From Thermoanaerobaculia bacterium (GTDB lineage Bacteria; Acidobacteriota; Thermoanaerobaculia; UBA5066), in the NCBI GenBank assembly GCA_963816185.1, contig CAWFJJ010000021.1, positions 32,001 to 96,000 of the forward strand: a stretch of 64,000 nt of DNA. Reading direction: 5' to 3'. The position numbers and the translations under genes are program-made. How positions within the stretch are numbered: the stretch's first letter is position 1; each line of letters opens with the position of its first letter. Positions 30,223 to 39,224 of the stretch are shown piece after piece. The notes below the pieces were generated by a model. That model did no database searches, had not been told where the DNA came from, and worked only from the letters and a program-made list of their open reading frames with translations.

Positions 30223-31437
30223 TCACCCGAAAAGGACGCCGAGAAGCCCGCCTGCGAGGACGAGCCAGGCCGTGTTGATTCTCACGGCCGCGAGAATCGC
30301 GACGCTCACGAGAAAGAGCGCGATCGTCGGGCCGTTCGTCAGCGCGGGCCGCGCGAATTGAAGCGTCACGGACCCCATCAGCGCGAGCGCCGCGACGTTC
30401 ACGCCGTCGAGAAACGCACCCAGGACCTTCGACTGCCGCAGCCGGGGCACGAAAGGGCCCATGACGAAGACCAGGGCGAACGCGGGAAGGAAGATCCCGA
30501 GCGTCGCGACCCCGGCGCCCTTCAGACCCCCGAGCACGTAGCCGATGAACGTCGCGGTGGACAGCAGCGGCCCCGGCGTGAACTGGCCGACGGCGACGGC
30601 ATCGAGGAGCTGCCCGCTCGTGAGCCAGTGCCAGCGCTCGACGAGATCGGCCTTCAGATAGGCGAGCAGCACGTAGCCGCTGCCGAACAGCACGGCACCG
30701 GTCTTCAGGAAGAAGAGGAAGAGGCTGGTAAGAGAGAAGGGCGAAAGAGGAGCGCCGAGGGAGAAGAGGGGGACGAAGAGGGATTTCTTGGAAAGAGGAA
30801 GAGAAGATTTCCTAGAAAGTGAATTGGGCGGGGCGCCGTCGACGCGCTCCGGCGCGTGCGGCGCAGCGGCACCGCCGCCTCTTCCCCTTCTAAGAAAATC
30901 CTCAGACACCATCGCCAGAATCGAGACACACCCTGAAACGAGCAGCAGGAGAAGCTCGTTGACGAAGAAAGTGGCGGCAAGGGCGGCGAGTCCCAATGCC
31001 AGAAGGAACCGGCTTTTCACCGCCGTGCGGCCGAGGCTGACGAGCGCCTGCGCGATGAGCGCGAGGACCACGGGCTTGATGCCGTCGAAGAAATGCGGAA
31101 ACGCGGGCAGAGAGCCGAAGCGCACGTAGGCCCACGCAAAGGCGGTCACGAGGAAGGTCGCGGGCAGAAGGAAGCCGACTCCGGCGACGAGAAGCCCCGC
31201 CCAACCTCCGCGTGCATGCCCGATGAAGAGCGCCATCTTGGTGGAGTTCGGTCCTGGCGCGAGGTTCGTCGCACCGAGGAGGTCGAGAAACTCCTCGCGT
31301 GTCATCCACGCGCGCCGCGTCACGACCTCGTGCTCCATCATCGAGATGTGGGCGGCGGGCCCGCCGAAGGCCGTCGCGCCGAGGCGCAGGAAGAGGATGG
31401 CGAGGTCCTTCAGGTCGGCGGGGTTCCCTCTCGCCAT
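30223..31437 (-). CDS. chrA: Chromate efflux transporter (long-chain CHR)
   Basis: AFGGP, PGPNS, FGSGYVL, GQFTPGP. Confidence 0.93.
   Translation of the reverse strand: MARGNPADLKDLAILFLRLGATAFGGPAAHISMMEHEVVTRRAWMTREEFLDLLGATNLAPGPNSTKMALFIGHARGGWAGLLVAGVGFLLPATFLVTAFAWAYVRFGSLPAFPHFFDGIKPVVLALIAQALVSLGRTAVKSRFLLALGLAALAATFFVNELLLLLVSGCVSILAMVSEDFLRRGRGGGAAAPHAPERVDGAPPNSLSRKSSLPLSKKSLFVPLFSLGAPLSPFSLTSLFLFFLKTGAVLFGSGYVLLAYLKADLVERWHWLTSGQLLDAVAVGQFTPGPLLSTATFIGYVLGGLKGAGVATLGIFLPAFALVFVMGPFVPRLRQSKVLGAFLDGVNVAALALMGSVTLQFARPALTNGPTIALFLVSVAILAAVRINTAWLVLAGGLLGVLFG
30781..30901. repeat. Inverted pair of the dispersed motif enclosing a GC hairpin, in the chrA inter-domain linker
   Basis: Left GGATTTCTTGGAAAGAGGAAGAG; right end reverse complement GGATTTTCTTAGAAGGGGAAGAG. 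Confidence 0.65.
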
Positions 31438-31489
31438 CGTCCCGATTATGGGCGGGCGGCGGCCGGCGCCGCCGCACTAAGATCCCACC

Positions 31490-33868
31490 GTGATCGGGGA
31501 AGTCCTCGCGCACTACCGCATCGCGGAGCGCCTCGGTGAAGGCGGGATGGGAGAGGTCTTCCGCGCCGAGGACCTCAAGCTCCGGCGACCCGTCGCCCTG
31601 AAGGTCCTGCGCGGCGCGGAGGATTCGGAAGGCCGCCTGTTGCGCGAGGCGCGTTTCGCGTCGCAGCTCAACCACCCGAACATCGCGGTCGTCTATGACG
31701 TCGACACCGTGGAGCGCGATGGACGGAGGCAGAGCTTCATTGCGATGGAGTATGTCGCGGGGCGCACGCTGTCGGCGCTCCTCAAGGAGCGCGCGCCGGA
31801 TGTCTCCAAATCGGTCGACATCGTCCTGCAGGTCGCCGATGCCCTCGCGGCCGCGCACGCGCGAGGGGTCGTCCACCGCGATGTCAAGCCCGGCAACATC
31901 ATGCTGGACGGGAGGGGGCGCGTGAAGGTCCTGGATTTCGGCCTCGCGGCCTTCCGCCCCGTGCCGGGCGAGGGGAGCGAGACCTGGAGCCCGATCGGCG
32001 CTGACCCGACGCGCTCGACCCCCGGCTCCGTGCTCGGGACCGTCGCGTACATGTCGCCCGAGCAGGCCCTGGGCCGCGACGTCGACGCGCGGACGGACGT
32101 CTTCTCGCTGGGCGTCGTGCTCTGGGAGCTGCTCGCCGGCCGGCGGCCGTTCGAGGGCGCGAACACGGTCGCCGTCATCGACGCGCTGCTTCACGCGGAG
32201 CCGCGTTCGCTGACGCGGCTCAATCCGGCGGTTCCTCGCGAGCTGGAAACCCTGGTCCTGAAGATGCTCGCGAAGGAACGCGACCGCCGCACGACGATGC
32301 GCGATGTCGCGCGTGAGCTCTCGGCTCTGGCGGGCGGCTCGCCGGGGGCGGTCGCGCCCCCGGTCTCCTCCTCCCCGGCCGAGAACGCGATCGCCGTCCT
32401 CGCGTTCTCCAACATCACGCAGAACGCCGAGGACAACTGGCTCGGAACCGGAATCATGGAGACGGTCACCGCCGACATGAAGAACGTGCCCGGCCTTTCC
32501 GTGATCGGCTGCGAGCGCGTCTGCGAGGTGGAGAAGCGGCTGACCGGCGAAACGGCGCGGGGCGCGAGCGAGCTCGCGATCCGGCTCGGGCGCGAGGTGG
32601 GCGCGCGGCGCGTCGTGACGGGCGGCTTCCAGAGCGTCGGGGAGGTCATGCGGATCACGGCGCGCGTGACGGACGTCGAGTCCGGCGAGGTCGTGACGAC
32701 CGTGAAGGTGGACGGCGGCCGGAGCGATCTCTTCGCCCTGCAGGACCGGATCGTCACGGAGCTCGCCAAAGCCATGCACCTCGCGTCGAATCCCGCCGGG
32801 AAGGAGGCCGAGGAGACGCACGTGCTCGACGCGTACGAGGCGTATTCCAAGGGCCTCATCAACCTTCGGGCCGAGAGCCGGGAGTCCGTCGACCGGGCGA
32901 TCCTCTTCTTCGAGCGTGCCGTGGCCCTCGATCCGCTCTATGCCCGCGCGTGGCTCTCGCTCGGCGAAGCCTACGAGGTGAAGGCCACGGACCTCGCGAT
33001 GCCGGAGCTGCTCGAGAAGGCCATGGCGAGCTTCGGAAAATGCCTCGCCCTCCAGCCGCGCCTCGCGCGCGGGTGGAAGGAGCTCGGGGGCGCGCTCGTG
33101 GACATCGGCAGCGTGGACAAGGGGCTCGACGCGATTCGCCGGTCTCTGGAGCTCGACCCGGACGACGCCGCGGCGCATGCGGCGCTGGCGCGCGCCCACT
33201 TCATCGGCACCGGGCGGTTTCAGGACGCGGTGGAAGCCTTCGAACGGGCTCTCGCCCTGAATCCGCAGGGAGGCTGGTATGCGCTTCAGCTCGCACACGT
33301 CTCGGCTCTGCTGAGGGATTTCCCCCGCGCCGAGCGCGCGGCGAGGCAGGCCATCGAGCTCCAGGAGAGGGGGCTTTCGGGTCGCGAAGGGATCGTCATC
33401 GTGGGCTCTTACATGAAGCTCGGGCAGATCCGCGCCCTCCAGGGCCGGCCCGCGGAGGCCCTCGAAGCGTACGAGAAGGAGCTCTCCTTCCTGCGGCGCG
33501 TCGACCACGCGCTGAAGGACCGGGCGGTCATCGAGCTGCACACGCGAATTGGGAGCGCGCATCTCGCTCTGGGACATCCCGAGGACGCCCGCCGGGCGCT
33601 CATGCTCGCCGTCGGGGCCTTCGAGGACCGACTCCGGGCCGGCGCGGACGAGCCGTTTACGCGGTACTACGTCGCCGCGGCGTGGGCCCTCCTCGGCGAC
33701 GCGGAGCGCTCGCTGGACGTCCTCGAAGCCGCGGCGGCGATGCGTCGCGTCTACGTCGTGGAACGCGCCCGCATCGATCCGGATTTCGAGAGCCTGAGGA
33801 GCGAGCCGCGCTTCGTACGGCTTCTCGAAAGGTCACGCGACCCGGCGAACGGGGTGCGCAACCCGTGA
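31490..33868 (+). CDS. Ser/Thr protein kinase with TolB_N-like and TPR domains
   Basis: LGEGGMG, VALK, HRDVKPGN, DFG, YMSPEQ; AIAVLAFSN; TPR helices. Confidence 0.93.
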   Translation: MIGEVLAHYRIAERLGEGGMGEVFRAEDLKLRRPVALKVLRGAEDSEGRLLREARFASQLNHPNIAVVYDVDTVERDGRRQSFIAMEYVAGRTLSALLKERAPDVSKSVDIVLQVADALAAAHARGVVHRDVKPGNIMLDGRGRVKVLDFGLAAFRPVPGEGSETWSPIGADPTRSTPGSVLGTVAYMSPEQALGRDVDARTDVFSLGVVLWELLAGRRPFEGANTVAVIDALLHAEPRSLTRLNPAVPRELETLVLKMLAKERDRRTTMRDVARELSALAGGSPGAVAPPVSSSPAENAIAVLAFSNITQNAEDNWLGTGIMETVTADMKNVPGLSVIGCERVCEVEKRLTGETARGASELAIRLGREVGARRVVTGGFQSVGEVMRITARVTDVESGEVVTTVKVDGGRSDLFALQDRIVTELAKAMHLASNPAGKEAEETHVLDAYEAYSKGLINLRAESRESVDRAILFFERAVALDPLYARAWLSLGEAYEVKATDLAMPELLEKAMASFGKCLALQPRLARGWKELGGALVDIGSVDKGLDAIRRSLELDPDDAAAHAALARAHFIGTGRFQDAVEAFERALALNPQGGWYALQLAHVSALLRDFPRAERAARQAIELQERGLSGREGIVIVGSYMKLGQIRALQGRPAEALEAYEKELSFLRRVDHALKDRAVIELHTRIGSAHLALGHPEDARRALMLAVGAFEDRLRAGADEPFTRYYVAAAWALLGDAERSLDVLEAAAAMRRVYVVERARIDPDFESLRSEPRFVRLLERSRDPANGVRNP

Positions 33869-36534
33869 GCCTCACGCAGGGAACCCGGCTTGGCCCCTAC
33901 GAGGTTCTGAGCCCGCTTGGCGCAGGCGGCATGGGCGAGGTGTACCGCGCGAGGGACTCGAAGTTGGGCCGCGAAGTGGCGATCAAGGTCCTCCCGGAGG
34001 AGTTCTTCGAAGAGGAGGAACGGATCGCCCGCTTCAAACAGGAGGCGAAGTCGCTGGCCGCGGTGAGCCACCCGCACATCGCGGCTCTCTACTCTTTCGA
34101 GGAGATCTCCGGGCGCCACCTTCTCGTCATGGAGCTGGTCGACGGAGAGACCCTGGCGGATCGGCTGCTGAAGGGGCCGCTCCCTCCGGATCGGGTTTTG
34201 AAAACCGGAATCGAGATCGCGTCGGCGCTGGACGCGGCTCATCGAGCGGGCATCATCCACCGGGACCTGAAACCGGGAAACGTCATGTTGACGAGGTCGG
34301 GCGTGAAGCTGCTCGACTTCGGTCTGGCGAAGGCGCTCGCTCCCGAGGGTCCGGTCGAGAGCCTCACGTCCGCCCCGACGACCGCCCGGGACGTGACGCG
34401 CGAGGGAGAGGTCCTCGGCACGCTTTCCTACATGGCGCCGGAGCAGCTGGAAGGGAGAAAGCCCGATTCGCGTACGGACATTTTCGCTCTCGGCGCGACG
34501 CTCTACGAGACGGCGACCAGCAGAAAGGCATTCACGGGAACGAGCCAGGCGTCTCTGATCACGGCGATCATGACGTCGGAGCCGCAGGCGATCTCCGCCG
34601 TCCAGCCGATGACGCCGCCGGCGCTGGACCGCGTCGTGAAGACCTGCCTCGCCAAGGACCCCGACGATCGCTGGCAGTCCGCGCACGACGTCAAGCTCCA
34701 GCTACAGTCGATCGCCGACGGCGGGTCACAGGCGGGATTCCCGGCGACTCTCGTCGCTCCGCGCAAGAGCCGGGGGCGGCTGGCCTGGTCCCTCGCGGGC
34801 ATCTGCCTGGCTGCCGCGGTGGTTCTCGCCGTCGTTCACTTCCGGCAGGCCCCGATCGAGGCGCGTCCGACCCGCTTTTCCCTTTTGCCGCCGGAGCAGA
34901 CGACTTTCGCCATCGGGCCAGCGGCTCCTCAGGCCGCCGTGTCACCCGACGGCCATTACGTTGCTTTCGCGGCCACGACCTCGGATCGGAAGACTTACCT
35001 CTGGCTTCGTCCGCTCGATTCGCTCGCTGCTCAGAAGCTGGCCGGAACGGAGGAAGCAGGCCTTCCATTCTGGTCTCCGGATAGTCGCTTCATCGGGTTT
35101 TTCGCGCAGGGAAAGTTGAAGAAGATCGACATTTACGGAGGTGCTCCTCAGACCCTGTGCGATGCACCCGCGGCTAATGGCGGGACCTGGAACCACGAAG
35201 GGGTGATTGTCTTCGCCCCGCTTCGTGAAGGCGCACTGGCTCGCATCTCCGCCGCGGGTGGAATTCCGGCCGCCGCGACGGCACTCGACCGACGTCGGCA
35301 GGAGACCGGCCACGCGTGGCCCCAGTTTCTGCCGGATGGCCGCCGCTTCCTCTACCTCGCCTTGAGCGGACAACGAGAGAACCGCGGCCTCTACGTCGGT
35401 TCGCTCGGCTCCGAAGGGCCGCGACGCGTGCTGAAGACCGAAGTGAGGGCAGCTTATACACCCCCGGGATATCTGCTCTTCCTGCAGCAGGGGACGCTGA
35501 TGGCCCAGCGGTTCAATCCTGATCGCTTCCAGCTCACCGGCGAACCGGTCGCCGTCGCCGAAGGTGTGGCTTACAACTCGTTCAATGGCCGGAACACCTT
35601 CAACGTCTCGGAGAACGGCGTGCTCGTCTATCGGACTGGCCGCCCCGGGGGGCTGCCGACGAGCGAGCTGGTGTGGTTCGATCGCGGGGGAAAGCGGATC
35701 GGATCGGTCGAGGGACCCGGCTTGTACCTGCGTCCGGCGCTCTCACCGGACGGAAAACGCATCGCTGTGGAGCGCCTCGATCCCCGGACGGGGGCCTTCG
35801 ATATTTGGCTCGTCGACCCGGCACGCTCCAGCGTTCTACGCCTCACGTTCGGTTCGTCCAACCAGACGCACCCTGTTTGGTCGCCGGACGGGAGTCGGAT
35901 CGTCTTCACTTCCGACCGAGATGGCACGAGCAACCTGTATCTGAAGAACTCGAGCGGAGCCGGTAGCGAGGAGCTGCTGCTTCGGTCCGACGCGGCGAAA
36001 TACGTCATGGACTGGTCTCCCGACGGGCGGTTCATCGCCTATGAGAGGCAGGATCCGAAAACCGGAACGGATCTTTGGGTGTTGCCGCTTTTCGGAGATC
36101 GCAAACCGGTTCCGTTTCTGCAAACCGGGTCCAACGAAGGTCAAGGGCAATTCTCCCCGGATGGACGATGGATGGCTTATGTCTCGGATGAGTCGGGAAG
36201 AGGAGAGGTTTACGTGCAGACCTTCCCTCCTTCCGGCGGCAAGTGGCAGATCTCGGCCGCCGGCGGTGCCTATCCGAGATGGCGGCGCGACGGGAAGGAG
36301 CTCTTCTATGTTGCCGCGGGCCAAAAGCTCATGGCGGTGGCGTTGCAGACCGGTTCTACGCTCCAGGCCGGTCGACCGCAGGCGCTCTGCGAGCCCCGTT
36401 TTTTTCAGCCCATAATTCCTTACACCGTTTCAGCCGACGGTCAGCGTTTTCTCGTCAACACTCCTCTCGAGGAGGACAACTCTTCACCGGTGACCGTGGT
36501 CCTGAACTGGACGGCGGAGCTGAAGAAGAGATGA
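33865..36534 (+). CDS. Ser/Thr protein kinase with TM and TolB/PD40 beta-propeller
   Basis: GTG overlaps upstream stop; [21 protein letters not shown]; repeated (W/F)SPDG; VVLNW end. Confidence 0.93.
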   Translation: MSLTQGTRLGPYEVLSPLGAGGMGEVYRARDSKLGREVAIKVLPEEFFEEEERIARFKQEAKSLAAVSHPHIAALYSFEEISGRHLLVMELVDGETLADRLLKGPLPPDRVLKTGIEIASALDAAHRAGIIHRDLKPGNVMLTRSGVKLLDFGLAKALAPEGPVESLTSAPTTARDVTREGEVLGTLSYMAPEQLEGRKPDSRTDIFALGATLYETATSRKAFTGTSQASLITAIMTSEPQAISAVQPMTPPALDRVVKTCLAKDPDDRWQSAHDVKLQLQSIADGGSQAGFPATLVAPRKSRGRLAWSLAGICLAAAVVLAVVHFRQAPIEARPTRFSLLPPEQTTFAIGPAAPQAAVSPDGHYVAFAATTSDRKTYLWLRPLDSLAAQKLAGTEEAGLPFWSPDSRFIGFFAQGKLKKIDIYGGAPQTLCDAPAANGGTWNHEGVIVFAPLREGALARISAAGGIPAAATALDRRRQETGHAWPQFLPDGRRFLYLALSGQRENRGLYVGSLGSEGPRRVLKTEVRAAYTPPGYLLFLQQGTLMAQRFNPDRFQLTGEPVAVAEGVAYNSFNGRNTFNVSENGVLVYRTGRPGGLPTSELVWFDRGGKRIGSVEGPGLYLRPALSPDGKRIAVERLDPRTGAFDIWLVDPARSSVLRLTFGSSNQTHPVWSPDGSRIVFTSDRDGTSNLYLKNSSGAGSEELLLRSDAAKYVMDWSPDGRFIAYERQDPKTGTDLWVLPLFGDRKPVPFLQTGSNEGQGQFSPDGRWMAYVSDESGRGEVYVQTFPPSGGKWQISAAGGAYPRWRRDGKELFYVAAGQKLMAVALQTGSTLQAGRPQALCEPRFFQPIIPYTVSADGQRFLVNTPLEEDNSSPVTVVLNWTAELKKR

Positions 36535-36569
36535 CTCTCGTGCCGCGAAGGGCGTGAGAAGGGCGGTCG

Positions 36570-37568
36570 TCACGCCCCGAAGTCCACCTCGATCCCGCGA
36601 CCCGCGGCCCGGGCCCTTTCGAAGGCGACCGACGCGGCCGCCGCGTCCTGGAGCGCCGTGCCCGTGCTGTCGAAGACGATGACCTCCTCCGCCGAGCGCC
36701 GGCCCGGCCTTCCGCCGGCGACGATCTCGCCGAGCTCGGCATGCACGTCCTCGCGCTTGACGAGACCGCTCGCGAGCGCGTGGTGCAGGTCGCCGAACGC
36801 GGCGCACTGCTCCGTCACGTCGGTGACGATCGTGGAGAACGCCATCAGAGAGGGATCCAGCTCCTGCTTTTCTTCGCTGTCGGCTCCGATCGCCGCGAGA
36901 AATGCGCCCGGGCGCAGGGAACCTTCGAAGAGCACCGGTTTCTTCGAAGGGGTGCAGGTGGCGACGACATCGCTCGCTTGCGCAGCGGATCTCAGATCGT
37001 GGGCGGCGGTCGCGCGGAGTCCCAGCTCGGTACCCATTTCTTTCGCGAAGTGACGCGCTCGTTCTTCCTTTTCATCGAAGCAAGAAACATGTTCGAAGGA
37101 AAACAAGCGCGCCAGAGCGCGGAGTTGAGCTCGCCCTTGTACCCCGCAGCCGCAGATCGCGACGGTCTTCGAGTCGGGCCGGGCGAGGTATTTCGCCGCG
37201 ACCGCCGTCGCCGCCGCCGTCCTCAGCCTCGTGATCGCGATCGAATCCATGACCGCAAGGGTCTCGCCGGTCTCGCCGTCGGCGACGACGATGACGCCCT
37301 GGATCCTAGGCAGTCCGAATCTTTCGTTCTCGAAGAAGTTCCCGTTGACTTTTGCCGCGAAAAAGGGAGTCGGGCCGCCGAGGATCCCGGCCTTGATGTG
37401 AAACCCGCCGCCGGCCGCCCTTACGCCGAGCGCTCCCGGCCGCGGCGCCTCACCGGCCCCGTATCGGCGAAAGGCCTCCTCCACGGCCTGGAAGCAGGAG
37501 TCGAGGTCGAGCAGGCTCTCGACGTCGCTCCGTGAGAGGACGAGGGTCTTCGTCATGGCGCGAGCCAT
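36570..37568 (-). CDS. Ornithine cyclodeaminase / mu-crystallin family (alanine dehydrogenase-like)
   Basis: ITRLRTAAA, GCGVQG, AIGAD, FDSTGTALQD. Confidence 0.9.
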   Translation of the reverse strand: MARAMTKTLVLSRSDVESLLDLDSCFQAVEEAFRRYGAGEAPRPGALGVRAAGGGFHIKAGILGGPTPFFAAKVNGNFFENERFGLPRIQGVIVVADGETGETLAVMDSIAITRLRTAAATAVAAKYLARPDSKTVAICGCGVQGRAQLRALARLFSFEHVSCFDEKEERARHFAKEMGTELGLRATAAHDLRSAAQASDVVATCTPSKKPVLFEGSLRPGAFLAAIGADSEEKQELDPSLMAFSTIVTDVTEQCAAFGDLHHALASGLVKREDVHAELGEIVAGGRPGRRSAEEVIVFDSTGTALQDAAAASVAFERARAAGRGIEVDFGA

Positions 37569-38257
37569 CCTCCCACGTCCGCGACGGGAATCGTTTCCAC
37601 GGGCAGCTTCCCTTTTCGGAAGAGGCGAGCACCCGCCGAGCCTTTCAGGACGACTGAGGCGCCTTCCACGCGCAGCATCGCGCCCTCGCGGAGGCCGGCG
37701 ACCGGCGTTTCGCTCTCCTCGTGGAATTGGAGGATCCGCTCTTCCTGGGTTTCCCCCATGTGCGTAGATCGGGGATCGGGGTCGAGAAAGTGGGGGCTGA
37801 GCTGGAACGGCACGAGGGAGAGCGCGTCGAAGGACGGCGGCTCGACGATCGGCATGTCTTTCGTGGTCCGAATCGTGGGGCCGGCGACGATCGCGCCCGC
37901 GCTCGACCCGATGAATGCCATCCCGCCCTCGACCCTGCGCCGGATCGGAGCGAGGAGATACGCGCCGTAGAGAGCCTTGAGGAGACGAAACGTATTGCCG
38001 CCTCCGACGAAGATGGCTTCAGCCGACACAACTGCACCTTGCGGATCCGGCTCCTCGTGGACGGAGGTCAGGGCGATGCCCATCGAACCGAGGCGGCCAC
38101 GCACCTTCGCAGCGTATGCGTCGACGTCGTGGAGGGCGTACGGTACGAAGAGGACCGTGCGGACACCGTCGAGCACGTCGCGAATCTCCTCCTCGGCGTG
38201 GTCGAGATAGCCGCGGCCGAAGAGCGTCGAGCTGCTGATGAGGAGGACGTGGGCCAT
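37553..38257 (-). CDS. pepE: Dipeptidase E (peptidase S51)
   Basis: LLISSS, FVPYA, VGGGNTFRLL, GSSAG, HMGETQEERI. Confidence 0.92.
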   Translation of the reverse strand: MAHVLLISSSTLFGRGYLDHAEEEIRDVLDGVRTVLFVPYALHDVDAYAAKVRGRLGSMGIALTSVHEEPDPQGAVVSAEAIFVGGGNTFRLLKALYGAYLLAPIRRRVEGGMAFIGSSAGAIVAGPTIRTTKDMPIVEPPSFDALSLVPFQLSPHFLDPDPRSTHMGETQEERILQFHEESETPVAGLREGAMLRVEGASVVLKGSAGARLFRKGKLPVETIPVADVGGWLAP

Positions 38258-38285
38258 GGGTCTCGTGCGGCGGGCGGCCACGCTG

Positions 38286-38327
38286 GTTATCTATCAGATA
38301 ACAGTTAATTATGTCAACTGCTATAAT
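38286..38327. promoter_or_regulatory. AT-rich divergent promoter region with palindrome GTTATCT-N3-AGATAAC
   Basis: Palindrome 38286-38302; TTGACA on minus strand at 38317-38312; TATAAT on plus strand at 38322-38327. Confidence 0.6.
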
Positions 38328-38394
38328 AACATGACGGGGGGGAGGGGGTCGCGGAATATTTTTCGAACCCGGAGGATATTCTCGACGAGGCGGT

Positions 38395-39183
38395 TTGATG
38401 TCGTCCTGTTTGTCCTTTCTTTCCAAGAAGATCTCTCTGACGGCGGCGCTCGTGCTCCTCGCCGGCTCGACACGCGGCGAGGGATCTCCGTCCGCCCGCG
38501 TCCCTGTCCTGGTCGAGCTGTTCACGTCAGAAGGCTGCTCGAGCTGTCCGCCCGCCGACGCTGCGCTCGCGCGTCTCGAGCGGACGCAGCCGGTCACCGG
38601 CGCCGAAATCGTCGCGCTGTCGCTGCACGTCGACTACTGGAACCGGCTCGGCTGGGCCGATCCGTTCTCGTCCGCCTCGTTCAGCGCGCGCCAGAGCGGC
38701 TACAGCCGCGCGTGGGGCGTGGACCGCGTCTACACGCCGCAGATCGTCGTGGATGGCCGCGTCGAGCTTCTGGGAAGTGACGAGGCCAAGGCTCGTCGGG
38801 TCGTCGAAGAAGCTGCGCGTCTGCCGAAGGCCGCGATCGAGCTCGCTTCGGCCCAGTCGGGAGGCCATGCCGCGCTCCGGATTCGAGTGCGCGCCCTGCC
38901 GTCCGTGACGCCAGGCGATACGGCCGAGCTTCTCCTCGCGATCACGGAAGACCGGCTCGCGAACGACGTACCGCGGGGCGAGAACGCGGGACGGCGACTC
39001 GTTCACAGCGCCGTCGTGCGAGATCTCGCCGTCGTCGGTCCGCTCCAGCCGGGCGCTCCTTTCGAGACGCAGCGTCCGCTACACCTCAAGGCGAACTGGA
39101 AGAGAAACGCGCTTCACGCCGTGGTCTTTGTTCAGGAGAGAAGGAGCCGGAAGGTTCTGGGCGTCGCGCGAATATCAATTTAG
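38395..39183 (+). CDS. DUF1223 thioredoxin-like secreted protein
   Basis: VELFTSEGCSSCPPAD, HVDYWN.LGW.DPF, YTPQ, RGENAG. Confidence 0.92.
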   Translation: MMSSCLSFLSKKISLTAALVLLAGSTRGEGSPSARVPVLVELFTSEGCSSCPPADAALARLERTQPVTGAEIVALSLHVDYWNRLGWADPFSSASFSARQSGYSRAWGVDRVYTPQIVVDGRVELLGSDEAKARRVVEEAARLPKAAIELASAQSGGHAALRIRVRALPSVTPGDTAELLLAITEDRLANDVPRGENAGRRLVHSAVVRDLAVVGPLQPGAPFETQRPLHLKANWKRNALHAVVFVQERRSRKVLGVARISI

Positions 39184-39224
39184 GGGGAGGCCGGGATTTC
39201 AGGAAGCGCGCTAGTCTTTCTCAT

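Noticed and set aside
30902-33577. Long antisense/alternate-frame ORFs (also 20853..23054, 44256..47330, 39869..42115, 24715..26598)
   Set aside because: Arg/Pro-rich shadows of well-supported genes, expected at this GC content
32950-33864. N-terminal extensions of track ORFs (kinase 2; likewise 4951..7500, 41832..44102, 49364..52669, 59955..62117)
   Set aside because: They overlap other genes; family motifs begin only at the internal starts used above
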